Assembly (NCBI GenBank): GCA_043747615.1
Contig: JAYTOU010000023.1
Coordinates: 166,697-230,696, forward strand
Origin: Myxococcales bacterium
GTDB lineage: Bacteria > Myxococcota_A > Polyangia > Polyangiales > Polyangiaceae
Length of the DNA: 64,000 nucleotides
Direction of reading: 5' to 3'
A program made the translations under genes and the position numbers. The notes beneath the pieces were generated by a model. The model had not been told where the DNA came from. It searched no databases and saw only the letters and a list, made by a program, of their open reading frames with translations. Shown here in pieces: positions 10,039-21,222 of this stretch. Positions within the stretch are counted from its first letter, which is position 1, and every line of letters starts with the position of its first letter.

Positions 10039-11071
10039 CGATCTCCTCTAGCGCCGTCGACCGGAGGCGTACGTCGACGGCCTCGGCCGAGAGCGCCCGG
10101 ATGGCGTTCTTCGCCTCCGTGAGACGTGCCCGCCCAGCCGCGACGACGGCGGCGGTGCGGATGTCGCGATCGGTCGAACCAAGGTCACGAAGGACTTCGG
10201 CGACCGCGCGCTCGTGCCCCAGTCGGGCAAGCGCGATTTTCGCGTGGAAGGCGCACGTATCGAGGAGCTTGCTCTTCACTCCCCACGCGCGTCGCTCGAG
10301 ATCGGGCACGGCTTGTCTCAAGTCGAGCTGGCCGGCCATCTCCACGGCTGCACGCTCGTCCTCCTTCTCGAGCTTTCCGCCGTCACCACGGATCGCCTTC
10401 AAAATAAGGGCATTCGCGGCCGCGTCCCCGCCCCTTCCCGCCACCTTGCCGAGGAAGATCGCGGCGGCGATCGCCACGTGATCCGAGGGATCGCCAAGGA
10501 GCTCCTTCGCGCGCACGGCGAGTGCGGCCAGCGCCTCTCGCACCGCGGGCTCGGTGTCTGCGCTCTCTATTTTTTCTTCGCCGACGCGGAGCGCGATGTA
10601 ACGAACGGCGTCATCGGCGTCGCCCAACGCCGTCTTCAACGCCGCCGCCAGATCTATGCCGTCGGACACGCGCGCGAAGGCGATCACCGCCTGGTAGCGG
10701 ACCTCCGGACGTTCATCGACGAGCGCTCGCCGAAGACGCGGCGCCGCACGAACGTCCCCGATTTCGCCGAGCGCGTTGAGGGCCATTTGACGCACGTGGA
10801 GATCGGGATCTTCCACCGCGACGAGCAGCTTCGGGAGGGCTTCGCTGGCCTGCAGATCGGCGAGGGCGACCGCCGCGGCGGAGCGGACCGGAGGAGCTTC
10901 ATCGGAGAGCGCCTTTTCCAACAGCGGAATCGCCTGCCTCCGCGTCGCCTCGTCGCGCGCGGCGTGCACGACTAGATCGGTCACCGCCGACACGCGCGTC
11001 TCTCTCCGCGCAGACGACAGATCGCGGAGACAGGCTTCGAGGTTTCGCGGAAGCGGCGGCGGCGCAAGCAT
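10031..11071 (-). CDS. HEAT-repeat protein
   Basis: Repeated L.D....VR..A..AL units. Confidence 0.85.
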   Translation of the reverse strand: MLAPPPLPRNLEACLRDLSSARRETRVSAVTDLVVHAARDEATRRQAIPLLEKALSDEAPPVRSAAAVALADLQASEALPKLLVAVEDPDLHVRQMALNALGEIGDVRAAPRLRRALVDERPEVRYQAVIAFARVSDGIDLAAALKTALGDADDAVRYIALRVGEEKIESADTEPAVREALAALAVRAKELLGDPSDHVAIAAAIFLGKVAGRGGDAAANALILKAIRGDGGKLEKEDERAAVEMAGQLDLRQAVPDLERRAWGVKSKLLDTCAFHAKIALARLGHERAVAEVLRDLGSTDRDIRTAAVVAAGRARLTEAKNAIRALSAEAVDVRLRSTALEEIGE

Positions 11072-11092
11072 CGAAGCTCGATCACTAGCACG

Positions 11093-11881
11093 TCATGATC
11101 CGCGGAGGCGTGTCTCCGCCGCGCGGCCCGCGATGAGCACGGACGCGCTGGTGATGAAGACCGCGACGGCGCCTACGACGAGGACATGCGGGGCACGGAG
11201 CATCGACGCGACTCCCTGGTCCAGCACGTTTCCCAGGGAGACGCCGTCCCGCGGACCGAAGCCGACGAAGGCGAGCGCGGCCTCGCTCACGACGATCGAC
11301 GACGCCGTCGAGCCGAGCTGCACGGCGACGATCCCGACGAGATTGGGAACGATGTGTCGCACGACGATCTGCGCGCGTGACAGCCCGAGCGCCGTGGCTG
11401 CGTCGACGAACGCAGCTGAACGAAGCACGCGGGTCTGCGCCAGCGCCAACCGTGCGAACGGTGCCCAGGCGGTGAGCGCAAAGACGAACGCCAGGTGCAC
11501 GCGCGTCGGGACCCGCACCGCCGAGAGCACCACCAGGGCGAGGAGGAACGTCGGAAAGGCCTGGAGGAGGTCGCACGCGCGGGCGACGAAGCGCTCGGTG
11601 CGTCCGCGAGCGAGGGCGGCAGTCGCGCCGAGTGGAGTTCCCACGGCGAAGCCGAAGAGAGCGACCACGGCAGCAAGCACGGCACCGCGCAGGACGGCGT
11701 GAGCGACGAGAGAGAACAGATCGACACCGGCCTCGCCGCATCCGAAGGGACGCGCAAGCGACGGCCCGCACCACGCGTCGAGCGGGTCGAGACGATTGGG
11801 GCTTGTTTTACCGAAGAGTACGACGCACGCGGCGACGGCGACGATCACCGCAAGAGGGAGCAGACGCAGAGCGCGCTTCAT
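11093..11881 (-). CDS. Peptide/nickel ABC transporter permease, DppC/OppC-like
   Basis: EAA-like loop FVDAATALG..RHIVPN; EAALAFVGFG. Confidence 0.85.
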   Translation of the reverse strand: MKRALRLLPLAVIVAVAACVVLFGKTSPNRLDPLDAWCGPSLARPFGCGEAGVDLFSLVAHAVLRGAVLAAVVALFGFAVGTPLGATAALARGRTERFVARACDLLQAFPTFLLALVVLSAVRVPTRVHLAFVFALTAWAPFARLALAQTRVLRSAAFVDAATALGLSRAQIVVRHIVPNLVGIVAVQLGSTASSIVVSEAALAFVGFGPRDGVSLGNVLDQGVASMLRAPHVLVVGAVAVFITSASVLIAGRAAETRLRGS

Positions 11882-11888
11882 CGCGGCC

Positions 11889-12872
11889 TCACGCGCGGAC
11901 CCTGGGATCGATCGCCGCATGCAGCGCGCCCGCGACCCCCTGGGCGACGACGAAGAGAGCGCCCGCGAGGATCACCGACGCTTCGAGAACGGGAAGATCG
12001 CGCGACGCGTACGCCTCGAGGATCAAGGTGCCGAGACCGGCGCGCTCGAAGAGTCTTTCGAGGACGACGGCGCCGCCGAGGAGCGCCCCCAGTTGCGTGG
12101 CCACGACGGTGATGATCGGGCCGGTCGAAGCGGGGAGCGCGTGCACGACCCACACCCGGATCGATCCTGCGCCTTTCGCCATTGCGACCTGGAGAAACGG
12201 AGCATGCGCCACCTCGGCAAGCGCCGCGCGACCCACCCGCCCCACCTGCGCGGCGAGCGGCAGCGCGAGGAGGGCGCTCGCGAAGAGGAGACCTCCGAGG
12301 CCAGCATCCGGGTCACCGGGGAGCGGAACGATCCGCCATTTCGCGGCGAGCAAGTAGGTGACGAGGGGCGCAAAGGCCAGGAGCGGAGACGCCGCGATGC
12401 CAACGAATGCGCGTTCGATCCAGTGGCGGCGCGCACCCAGCCACGGCCCTTCTGCGAGGAGCGCGAGCCCCACGCCCACGATGGCACCTAGCAGGACAGC
12501 GAGCCCTGCGAGCTCACTGGTGGGCCCGAGAGCCTCCCACGCACGCGCGCTTGCACGCACGCCAGGCCGACGCAGCGACTCTCCAAACTCGAAGTGAGCG
12601 AGCCCTCCCAAGAAACGTGCATACTGCACATAAAGCGGCTGGTCGAAGTGAAGGCGGGCGCGCAGGGCGTGGAGCTCCGCCTCGGAGGCCTGATCGCCGA
12701 GGACGAGCGCGGCGGGATCCCCCGGGAGCACCCGGAGCGCGAAGAAGACGAGCGAGGCGAGGACGAGGAGCACTGCGAGCGCCTCCAGCCCTCGTGAGAC
12801 CAGCGCTGCGCCACTTCGGGCGACCGTGCGCCAGGCTTCCGAACGTCGGCTAGTCGGCGGCGTCGGCAGCAT
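11889..12872 (-). CDS. Peptide/nickel ABC transporter permease, DppB/OppB-like (start uncertain)
   Basis: LPGDPA, DQPLYVQY, AMAKG, LLGGAVVLE.LF..GLG, RDLPV, IDPR. Confidence 0.88.
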   Translation of the reverse strand: MLPTPPTSRRSEAWRTVARSGAALVSRGLEALAVLLVLASLVFFALRVLPGDPAALVLGDQASEAELHALRARLHFDQPLYVQYARFLGGLAHFEFGESLRRPGVRASARAWEALGPTSELAGLAVLLGAIVGVGLALLAEGPWLGARRHWIERAFVGIAASPLLAFAPLVTYLLAAKWRIVPLPGDPDAGLGGLLFASALLALPLAAQVGRVGRAALAEVAHAPFLQVAMAKGAGSIRVWVVHALPASTGPIITVVATQLGALLGGAVVLERLFERAGLGTLILEAYASRDLPVLEASVILAGALFVVAQGVAGALHAAIDPRVRA

Positions 12873-13449
12873 CGGACGCGTCGGACGCGTCGGGCGCGCC
12901 GGCGTCGTTGATCGCGCTGTCGGTTGCCGCGGAGTCTACGATTGCCGCGTCGCTGACGGAGATCGGCGGCACGGGGGGCGCAGCGGCACGGCAGACGGGC
13001 GCGTTCGGGTCGTCGGGCGTCCCGCTGGTCGCCTGGTCGGGCGGAGGGATGCACACCATTTGCGATTGATTGTCGTCGAGCACCCGCGCGTTCCAGGGTG
13101 CGCTTTTGATGTCGGCGCAGACGTAGCCCGCGCGGCAGTCGCTCGAGCTGGCACACAGAGCCATGCAGAACGTTCGCCCGGTGCGCGAAGGCGTGCGGTC
13201 GTTGTACATGCAGCCCTGGACGCTCTGATCGAACTCGGCGCACACGGCCTTGTCGGGGCAGAGGTTTCCGCGGCAGTTGAAGATGGTGCAGTACCCGCCG
13301 GGCTGCGACGTGTCGCAGAGGCGATCGCCGCGGAGAGAGCAATCCGTCGACAGGACGCACTTGTCGCCGATGGAAGGCGTGCACGCGGTCAGGAACGCAA
13401 ACAAGGCGACACCGACGGCGCGAAGGGCGGACCAAGAAGCGTCTTGCAT
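12850..13449 (-). CDS. Cys-rich lipoprotein with DA[ASG]-repeat tail
   Basis: Lipobox LTAC; GGYCT..C, C...SDCRAGYVC; tail DAGAPDASDASDAADAAD. Confidence 0.75.
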   Translation of the reverse strand: MQDASWSALRAVGVALFAFLTACTPSIGDKCVLSTDCSLRGDRLCDTSQPGGYCTIFNCRGNLCPDKAVCAEFDQSVQGCMYNDRTPSRTGRTFCMALCASSSDCRAGYVCADIKSAPWNARVLDDNQSQMVCIPPPDQATSGTPDDPNAPVCRAAAPPVPPISVSDAAIVDSAATDSAINDAGAPDASDASDAADAAD

Positions 13450-13488
13450 CGAAACGCGGCGGACCGTAGCTCCCCTCCTACGTCTGCG

Positions 13489-13503
13489 GCAAGTGCATTT
13501 CCA
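13489..13503 (-). promoter_or_regulatory. Putative sigma-54 promoter
   Basis: TGGAAATGCACTTGC on - strand (GG-N10-GC), ~40 bp upstream of the 13449 start. Confidence 0.35.
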
Positions 13504-13508
13504 AGCGT

Positions 13509-13542
13509 TTGACAGGGCAACCTACGACACCTATTAGGTTGC
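13509..13542 (+). promoter_or_regulatory. Putative sigma-70 promoter overlapped by an 8-bp inverted repeat
   Basis: TTGACA(13509)-17 bp-TATTAG; GCAACCTA-N10-TAGGTTGC at 13517-13542. Confidence 0.5.
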
Positions 13543-13563
13543 GCTCGCAGGACCCGAGGTTAA

Positions 13564-14709
<1,146 letters not shown>

Positions 14710-14713
<4 letters not shown>

Positions 14714-15318
14714 GCTCCTCGCTCGAATAGCCACGCTTCGACAATCGCGAGCGCAGCGGCCGATGCAGCTTGGTTGTGCGCCCGCCACTCCGCGCGCCCA
14801 CGTGACCCGACCACGTTGGCGATCCCCAGCACGGCCGCGAAGCGCGTCTTCGCGAGAGCGCACGCCTGAGCGACGCCGAACGCTTCGAGATGCTCGAAGG
14901 AGCACTGACTTCGAGCGGCGAGCTCGCCGGCAAGCATGTCGTCCGTGGTGATCGCAAGCGTCGTGGCCACCGGCCCCCGCGCGTTGCCCCCTGCCAGGGC
15001 GCTCGCGAGCTCGACGTCAGGCGTGAGGTCCAAGAGCATTGGCTCCGGGAAGGCCGCGCGATCGGTCACGTGACCGCCGTCGATCAGCCGGAAGCGATCG
15101 CCGACGATGGCCGAATCGAGGGGAAAGGATTTGCCCGGGTACACGCCGCACGTCCCCACGAGGACGATCGCAGAAGGCTTCTCGGTGGCGATCAGGCTAG
15201 CCGTCCGGGCGGAGGCTTCGCACAATCCGATGCCGATCACCCGGGTCAAGTCACGGTACTTGCTCGCGCTCGCGAGCTCGGGTGGAAAGGCCGCCACGAT
15301 TCTTATGGAAGAGGTCAT
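14710..15318 (-). CDS. Nucleoside phosphorylase superfamily protein, futalosine hydrolase (MqnB)-like
   Basis: GIG..EA, LVGTCG, EHLEAFGVA, GIANVVG.RG..EW. Confidence 0.6.
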
Positions 15319-15456
15319 CGAAGTGCCCACCCAAAGCAACGTAGCCCAAAGCGGTGCACGTCGGCCTGCGGCCTCCGTAGACCTATTTACATTTTCACTG
15401 ATTCCAAAGCGGTTGCCCCGGGGGCTCGCTCCGTCTACCCTTAAGGGCAACCGTCC

Positions 15457-16368
15457 ATGCGTCTCCTTCGCTTTGCCCCCATCGTTCTTTCACTCGCCGC
15501 GCTCACGCTCGGTTGCACGGGGAACGTCGCCGCGTCGGGAGAAACCGCAGATGCCGAAGCAAGCGCCATCACAGCGGTCGTGGTCGTCGAGCGCACCAGC
15601 GGCAACGCTCTGAATCAGGCTGAAAACGCCCGCGGCGAGGCCGTGGCCCGCTTCGTCCGTATGCGCTCCGGTGCCGTGGACGACGACGCCCTCCGCTCGG
15701 TCGGCGCGGCGGTCGATTTTCCCGCGCTGGGCACGTGCACGCGACTGTCCAGCGGCGGCGGGCCAACCGTCTTTCATGCCCTCGACCTCATGGACGTAGG
15801 CGCGGTCTCGCTGGAGACCGAAGCGGCCAAGACGAGCCTCGTCGCGCGCCGCCTGCCAGACGTCGCGGATCTCGTTTCCGGCGTCGTCTACACGGTTCGC
15901 GTGCGGGATGACGACCGAGTGGCGTTCCCGGTGCGTGGCCACTACGTCCTGCGCGCTGCAGGATCGCCCGATCTCGACGTCGCTCCGTTCGCTGTCGAGT
16001 CGACCGTGATCGGCGAGCCCACGGACGTGCGCGTCGGTGGGCTCGAGCCGCACGCGGGAGAAAAGCTCCTCGTGCCGGCGACCCGCCTGGTCGACGTAAC
16101 CTGGACACGCCCGTCGACGAACGCCTCGACGACGGACGGTGAATCCGACGACCTCGTCTACATCGACGTCACCTCCGCGAGCGCCGCCACGACACGCTGC
16201 CTCTTCGCGGACAATGGTCGCGCGATTCTGAGCGGCTCTGCGTTCGGTGACGGCGACGGGACGGTCACCACCCACCGCCTCCATCGCGAAGTCTTTCACG
16301 CTCGTGGCATCGACGCAGGTGAGCTCCGCTTCGACTTCGCGCGCGCCGTCGCCTTCCGCCGCAGGTAA
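15457..16368 (+). CDS. Hypothetical lipoprotein
   Basis: Lipobox TLGC; full-length ORF. Confidence 0.7.
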   Translation: MRLLRFAPIVLSLAALTLGCTGNVAASGETADAEASAITAVVVVERTSGNALNQAENARGEAVARFVRMRSGAVDDDALRSVGAAVDFPALGTCTRLSSGGGPTVFHALDLMDVGAVSLETEAAKTSLVARRLPDVADLVSGVVYTVRVRDDDRVAFPVRGHYVLRAAGSPDLDVAPFAVESTVIGEPTDVRVGGLEPHAGEKLLVPATRLVDVTWTRPSTNASTTDGESDDLVYIDVTSASAATTRCLFADNGRAILSGSAFGDGDGTVTTHRLHREVFHARGIDAGELRFDFARAVAFRRR

Positions 16369-16404
16369 TTTCTCGCACCCACGGGCGCCGAAAGGACAGG
16401 AGCG

Positions 16405-17214
16405 ATGAACGGAGCGCACGTCCTTGCCACCGCGTTCGTGCTCGTCTCCTCTGTTGCGTGGGCCGAAGCGCCGAAGCCACGAACGGCGGCGAAGCCAGCG
16501 CCCCCGACGTACGGGACCTACGTCAGAAACTGGCACACGCCTAACGTCGGTAAGGTGCCCTCGCTCGATGCCGCGGGGCGTCCGATGCTTGCCATCTTTT
16601 CGATCAACACGAACGACCGCGTGGAGCTCTCTGCAGCGAGCGACAACGGCGGCTTTTCAGCGCGGGATTTGGATCGCGCGGCCTTCGTTCTTCGCGAGCC
16701 CTCGAGCGGCAACGAGCATCCCGTCGAGCCACGAATTCTCGACGTGCTTTACCGGATCCAGACGCATTTCGCAGCGCAAGAAGTCCGCGTGATTTCCGCG
16801 TACCGCACGCCGCACGGCGGGTCGTCGAACCACGGACAAGGTCGCGCGATCGATCTCGTGGTTCCCGGCGCGAGCGACTCCGACGTTGCCAAGTTCGCCC
16901 GCGAGGTGGGCTTCGTCGGGGTCGGCATCTATCCGACGGGCGGCTTCGTCCACATCGACGCTCGGGCCCGAAGCTACTTCTGGGTAGACAGCAGCGGGCC
17001 CGGTCGGAGAAATCGAGAGCGCGGAATCATGGGCGATTCGGCCAAAAAGAGCGACGAACGAGCTCTTTCGCGCGGAGAGCATGCGACGCCCGCGTACGCG
17101 ATCGCCAGCGACGTCGATGCGTTCCTCCGGGCGCGCACGGCCCAGGCAACTCCGACGACGCCTTCGGCTCCAGAAGAAGACGAGGACGCCGAGACGCCTT
17201 CATGGATGAGGTAG
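16405..17214 (+). CDS. DUF882/YcbK (MepK-like) peptidase M15 family protein
   Basis: AGGAG RBS; signal peptide; ISAYR, S.H..GRAID, GVGIYP..GFVHIDAR. Confidence 0.85.
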   Translation: MNGAHVLATAFVLVSSVAWAEAPKPRTAAKPAPPTYGTYVRNWHTPNVGKVPSLDAAGRPMLAIFSINTNDRVELSAASDNGGFSARDLDRAAFVLREPSSGNEHPVEPRILDVLYRIQTHFAAQEVRVISAYRTPHGGSSNHGQGRAIDLVVPGASDSDVAKFAREVGFVGVGIYPTGGFVHIDARARSYFWVDSSGPGRRNRERGIMGDSAKKSDERALSRGEHATPAYAIASDVDAFLRARTAQATPTTPSAPEEDEDAETPSWMR

Positions 17215-19160
17215 AGGATGAGGACGTTGCCCGGCTAGTACAGGAAGAGCGCATCGCGGCCGCTGCGACTCTCGCGAGCGCACGCGGAGATGCACGGACA
17301 GCGAGCGAGCTGTTCGAGCGCGCCTGCGAGTGGCGACGGGCGGCGGAGGAGGCCGTCCGGGCGGGCGACGATGCCCGTGCGCTCCCGCTCGCGATCGTGG
17401 CCGAGGAAGACGCGCTAGCCGAGACCGCGCTCGAGCGCTTGGTGCGCGATAGTGCCATGGCGGCGCGGGTCGCCGGCACGCTCGAACGACGTGGGGAACA
17501 CCGCTGGGCAGCGCGCGTGCTCGAACGGACCGGACAGCGCGCGGCCGCGGCGAAGGCTTGGGAAAAAGCAGGAGAGGCAGTGCGCTCGGCGGAGATCCTG
17601 GAGGAGCTGAAGGACGCCGTGGGCGCTGCGCGGGTACTCGAGGCCGCGGTGAGGCGAACGCCGACGCGCTGGGAAAATCACCTCGCGCTCGGGCGACTGC
17701 TCCTTCGCTACGGAAAGACCGAAGCTGCGGTTCGTGCACTCCAGCCCATCCCCGAGATTGCGCCCGAGAGACCGAGCGCGCTTGGCCTTCTCGCGCAGGC
17801 GCTCGGACGTCTCGGCTTCGATCAAGCCGCTACGGAGGCAGCGCGCGAGCTTGCTCGGCTCGGCGGCGCACCCGACGAAAAAAAAATCTCTGACGACCGC
17901 GGCGAGATCAAGCTGCGCCTCTTCGGACGCTATGACGTCGTGCGCGAAGTGGCCTCCACGGCGACAGCCCGGGTCCTTCAGTGTACGGACGCAGTTCGCG
18001 CAGAGGTCGTCGCGCTCAAGGTCTTCGCGGGCTACGACACACGCGGCGGTGGGAGGGACGTACTTGCGCGCTTCGAGCGCGAGGTGAAGGTGCTCGGTGC
18101 CCTCGATCATCCGAACGTGGTCCCCCTGCGCGACTATTTCCCAGATGGCCCCGCGCTCGTCCTCGGATGGATGTCCGGTGGCACGCTCGAGACGATGATC
18201 GAAGCTCGCTCGATCGCCCCGGCGCGGGCCATCGAGATCGCGTGTGCCGTGCTCAGCGCGCTCGGAGAAGCGCATCGGCTCGGCGTCCTTCATCGCGACA
18301 TCAAGCCTGCCAACGTGCTCTTCGATGCCGCAGGCGTGGCTCGTCTCGGTGACTTCGGAGTCGCCCACCTCGGGGATCTCTCCGCCACGGCGACGGCGGG
18401 TCTCATCGGGACCCTCGCGTACATGAGTCCGGAGCAGCGCGAAGGAAGACCGGCCACGGTGCGAAGCGACCTCTACGGCGTCGGAGCGATTCTCTTCGAG
18501 ATGCTGACCGGTGAGCGGCTGGCGACCGATGGAACGACGAAGGTACGGCCGAGCGGTGTGCATCGCGACCTCGCAGCGAAACACGATGCGGTCGTCCTCG
18601 CGCTCGTCGCCCAGGACCCAGCAGACCGCCCTGCCGATGCCTTCGTCGCGCGACGCTCGCTGACTGCGCTCCCGTGGCCGAGCACGCTGGAGCCCGCTGC
18701 TCCGCGCCCTCTCGACGCGCCCCCGTCGCAGCGACCTCCTGCCGAGCGACTCGAAACGAGCCCGACCGAGCCCGATCTCGATCGATGGACGGGCCGCGCC
18801 GTCGAACGCGTTCCGGTCACTCCGCAATCGCTCGCGCGGGCGGGTGCGTTCGCGCGGGCAGGTCACGTGGCGCTCCAGACCGTGCTCCGCGTGAATACTG
18901 AATCGAGGGAAATTTGGCTGGCGCATCCCCTCGGAAGAGTGCTCGATCGCCCGCTCAAGCCGGCGGAGATCGCCACGCTGCGCGAAGCCATCGAGGCGCT
19001 TCACGCGGCGGGCGCCGTGCACGGCAAAGTAGATCGCGCGCACGTCTTCGTCGGGGCCGACGAGTTACTCACGTTACGCTTCGTTCCCGAGGTCGAGCCG
19101 ACCGCGACCATGGATTTAGACCGCATCGCCCTCCCCCGCCTTGCCGCGTCGACCGCCTGA
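17202..19160 (+). CDS. Ser/Thr protein kinase with N-terminal TPRs and C-terminal pseudokinase-like region
   Basis: VALK, HRDIKPANV, DFG, GTLAYMSPEQ, SDLYGVG. Confidence 0.9.
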   Translation: MDEVEDEDVARLVQEERIAAAATLASARGDARTASELFERACEWRRAAEEAVRAGDDARALPLAIVAEEDALAETALERLVRDSAMAARVAGTLERRGEHRWAARVLERTGQRAAAAKAWEKAGEAVRSAEILEELKDAVGAARVLEAAVRRTPTRWENHLALGRLLLRYGKTEAAVRALQPIPEIAPERPSALGLLAQALGRLGFDQAATEAARELARLGGAPDEKKISDDRGEIKLRLFGRYDVVREVASTATARVLQCTDAVRAEVVALKVFAGYDTRGGGRDVLARFEREVKVLGALDHPNVVPLRDYFPDGPALVLGWMSGGTLETMIEARSIAPARAIEIACAVLSALGEAHRLGVLHRDIKPANVLFDAAGVARLGDFGVAHLGDLSATATAGLIGTLAYMSPEQREGRPATVRSDLYGVGAILFEMLTGERLATDGTTKVRPSGVHRDLAAKHDAVVLALVAQDPADRPADAFVARRSLTALPWPSTLEPAAPRPLDAPPSQRPPAERLETSPTEPDLDRWTGRAVERVPVTPQSLARAGAFARAGHVALQTVLRVNTESREIWLAHPLGRVLDRPLKPAEIATLREAIEALHAAGAVHGKVDRAHVFVGADELLTLRFVPEVEPTATMDLDRIALPRLAASTA

Positions 19161-19198
19161 AAGTTGCGCATCTTCCGCCGCGAGGGCAGGTTCGGAGG

Positions 19199-19669
19199 AT
19201 GACGTTCCTGCGCTGCCTTCCGCTTCTACTCGCTATCGGCCTCTCTGGGTGCGGGTCGAGTCCCCCGCCAGCCGCCGCGACGGTGCCCGCCGCAGGCACC
19301 CCGAAGGAGCCCGTCGCCGTCGCACGAGCCGCAGACGCGCCCACGAACGAGCTTCGCCGCTCAGTGGTCCACGAGGTGGTGGCCAAAGGACTAGGCTACT
19401 TCCTCCAGCGCGTTTCCATCGACGATCATCCGGTGTTCCTCGCAGGCAAATTCCACGGCTTCCGCATCGCGGCGCTCAACGGCGACGGCTGGCGGGGGAT
19501 TGACCTGCGTCCGGGCGACGTCGTCACCCACGTGAACGGCTTCACCATCGAGCGCCCCGAGCAAGCCATGGAGGCGTTTAAATCCCTCGACGTCGCCAGC
19601 GAGCTCCGGGTCGACTACGAGCGCGACGGCCTCCCCCGCGAGCTCCGCTTTTCGATCATCGACTCTTAG
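19199..19669 (+). CDS. Lipoprotein with GspC-like PDZ domain
   Basis: GGAGG RBS; lipobox LSGC; GFRI, LRPGDVVTHVNG. Confidence 0.75.
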   Translation: MTFLRCLPLLLAIGLSGCGSSPPPAAATVPAAGTPKEPVAVARAADAPTNELRRSVVHEVVAKGLGYFLQRVSIDDHPVFLAGKFHGFRIAALNGDGWRGIDLRPGDVVTHVNGFTIERPEQAMEAFKSLDVASELRVDYERDGLPRELRFSIIDS

Positions 19670-20307
19670 GTCGTGAAGGCCGCGTCGTAGGCGGCGACGA
19701 TGCGCGCGTGGACTTCGTCGATCGGGGCGAGGGCGTCGATGACGCTGACGCGGTCGTTCGGCAAGTGGCTGGCCAGATCCTTGTAGAATGCAGCTAATTG
19801 CCTCTGCACTTCGTTCTGCTCGTACAGCTGCGCCGCATCTCCTCGCTGCGCGCGCCGCGTCGCCGCCACGTCTGCGGGCACGTCGAGCACGATCGTGAGA
19901 TCAGGCCTGCGGGCGTGACGGTTGAGCGTTCGAATCCACTCTACGGCCCCGGCGCCCGCCGTACCGCTCGTGACGCTCTGGTAGGCGAGGCTCGACGCGT
20001 CGTAGCGGTCGGAGATGATCACGCCTCCGCTGCTCACGAAGGGATCGATCTCGGTCTCCACGTGATCCATGCGATCGGCCGCGAAGAGCAGCGCCATCGT
20101 GGCCCAACCTGGCGCCCGTCCGCCCGGCACTACGATGCGTCCCGTGAGCACCTGCCGGATGAGCGCGCCGATTGGCCCATCGCTTGGCTCGCGCGTCGTG
20201 CGCACGGGAACGCTCTCTCGCCTGAGACGCGTGGCGAGCCGCTGCGTCTGGGTGGTCGTTCCTGCACCATCGATCCCCTCGAGGACCACGAGACGACCGA
20301 TCGTCAT
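19666..20307 (-). CDS. tmk: Thymidylate kinase
   Basis: [32 protein letters not shown]. Confidence 0.95.
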   Translation of the reverse strand: MTIGRLVVLEGIDGAGTTTQTQRLATRLRRESVPVRTTREPSDGPIGALIRQVLTGRIVVPGGRAPGWATMALLFAADRMDHVETEIDPFVSSGGVIISDRYDASSLAYQSVTSGTAGAGAVEWIRTLNRHARRPDLTIVLDVPADVAATRRAQRGDAAQLYEQNEVQRQLAAFYKDLASHLPNDRVSVIDALAPIDEVHARIVAAYDAAFTT

Positions 20308-21191
20308 GTTGCTCCTTCTCGCGGCACGTCACTCGTACCGAGCACTGCATTGTCGATGAGGCGAGTCGCTCCGACGTAGCAGGCGATCGCCACGAGGGCG
20401 CGATCACCCACCGTAGCTCCCTCCACGCCGGGAACGAGCGTTTCGGGATCAACGACCTCGACGTAATCGATCTTGTCGGCCGTGGAAATGACCTCGGCGC
20501 GCGCCAGGCTGCGGAGGGCTCCGGCGTCGCGCTCCCCCGCGTCGAAGGCCGCCGCCGCTTTGATGAGCGCCCTCGAAAGTCCGCGCGCGCGCAGTCGCTG
20601 CTCCGCCGAGAGGTAGGCATTGCGCGAGCTCATGGCCACGCCGTCTGCCTCTCGCACGATCGAGTGGCCCACGATTTCGACCGGGAAAAATAGGTCTTTT
20701 GCCATTCGCTCGAGGATCTTGAGCTGCTGGTAATCTTTTTTTCCGAAGACGGCGACCGAGCTGCCTACCAGAGCAAAGAGCTTGGCCACCACCGTGGTCA
20801 CTCCGGCGAAATGTCCGGGACGAAACCGCCCGCAAAGCGGCTCAGCGAGCGCGCCGACGTGGACCCGTGTCTCTTCTCCCGCGGGGTACATCGCACGCGC
20901 GTCGGGGGCGAAAACGGCGTCCGCGCCGGCGCTGGCGAGCTTGGCGACGTCTCCATCGAGGTCCCGCGGGTAACGAGAAAAATCTTCGTTCGGGCCGAAC
21001 TGGGTCGGATTGACGAAAATCGACGCCGTGACGAAGTCGCATTTCTCGCGGGCAAGCGCGACCAGCGCAAGGTGCCCGTCGTGGAGAGCGCCCATGGTCG
21101 GAACGAACCCCACGCGCTGCCCGGCCGAGCGCGCTTCGTCGCACGCGGCCCGGAACTCGTCGGGAGATCGCAGAACTCGCGGTTGTTTCAT
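20304..21191 (-). CDS. panC: Pantoate--beta-alanine ligase
   Basis: [43 protein letters not shown]. Confidence 0.96.
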   Translation of the reverse strand: MKQPRVLRSPDEFRAACDEARSAGQRVGFVPTMGALHDGHLALVALAREKCDFVTASIFVNPTQFGPNEDFSRYPRDLDGDVAKLASAGADAVFAPDARAMYPAGEETRVHVGALAEPLCGRFRPGHFAGVTTVVAKLFALVGSSVAVFGKKDYQQLKILERMAKDLFFPVEIVGHSIVREADGVAMSSRNAYLSAEQRLRARGLSRALIKAAAAFDAGERDAGALRSLARAEVISTADKIDYVEVVDPETLVPGVEGATVGDRALVAIACYVGATRLIDNAVLGTSDVPREGAT

Positions 21192-21222
21192 TCCGCGCGA
21201 ATCGTAGTACCTTTCTGCGCCC

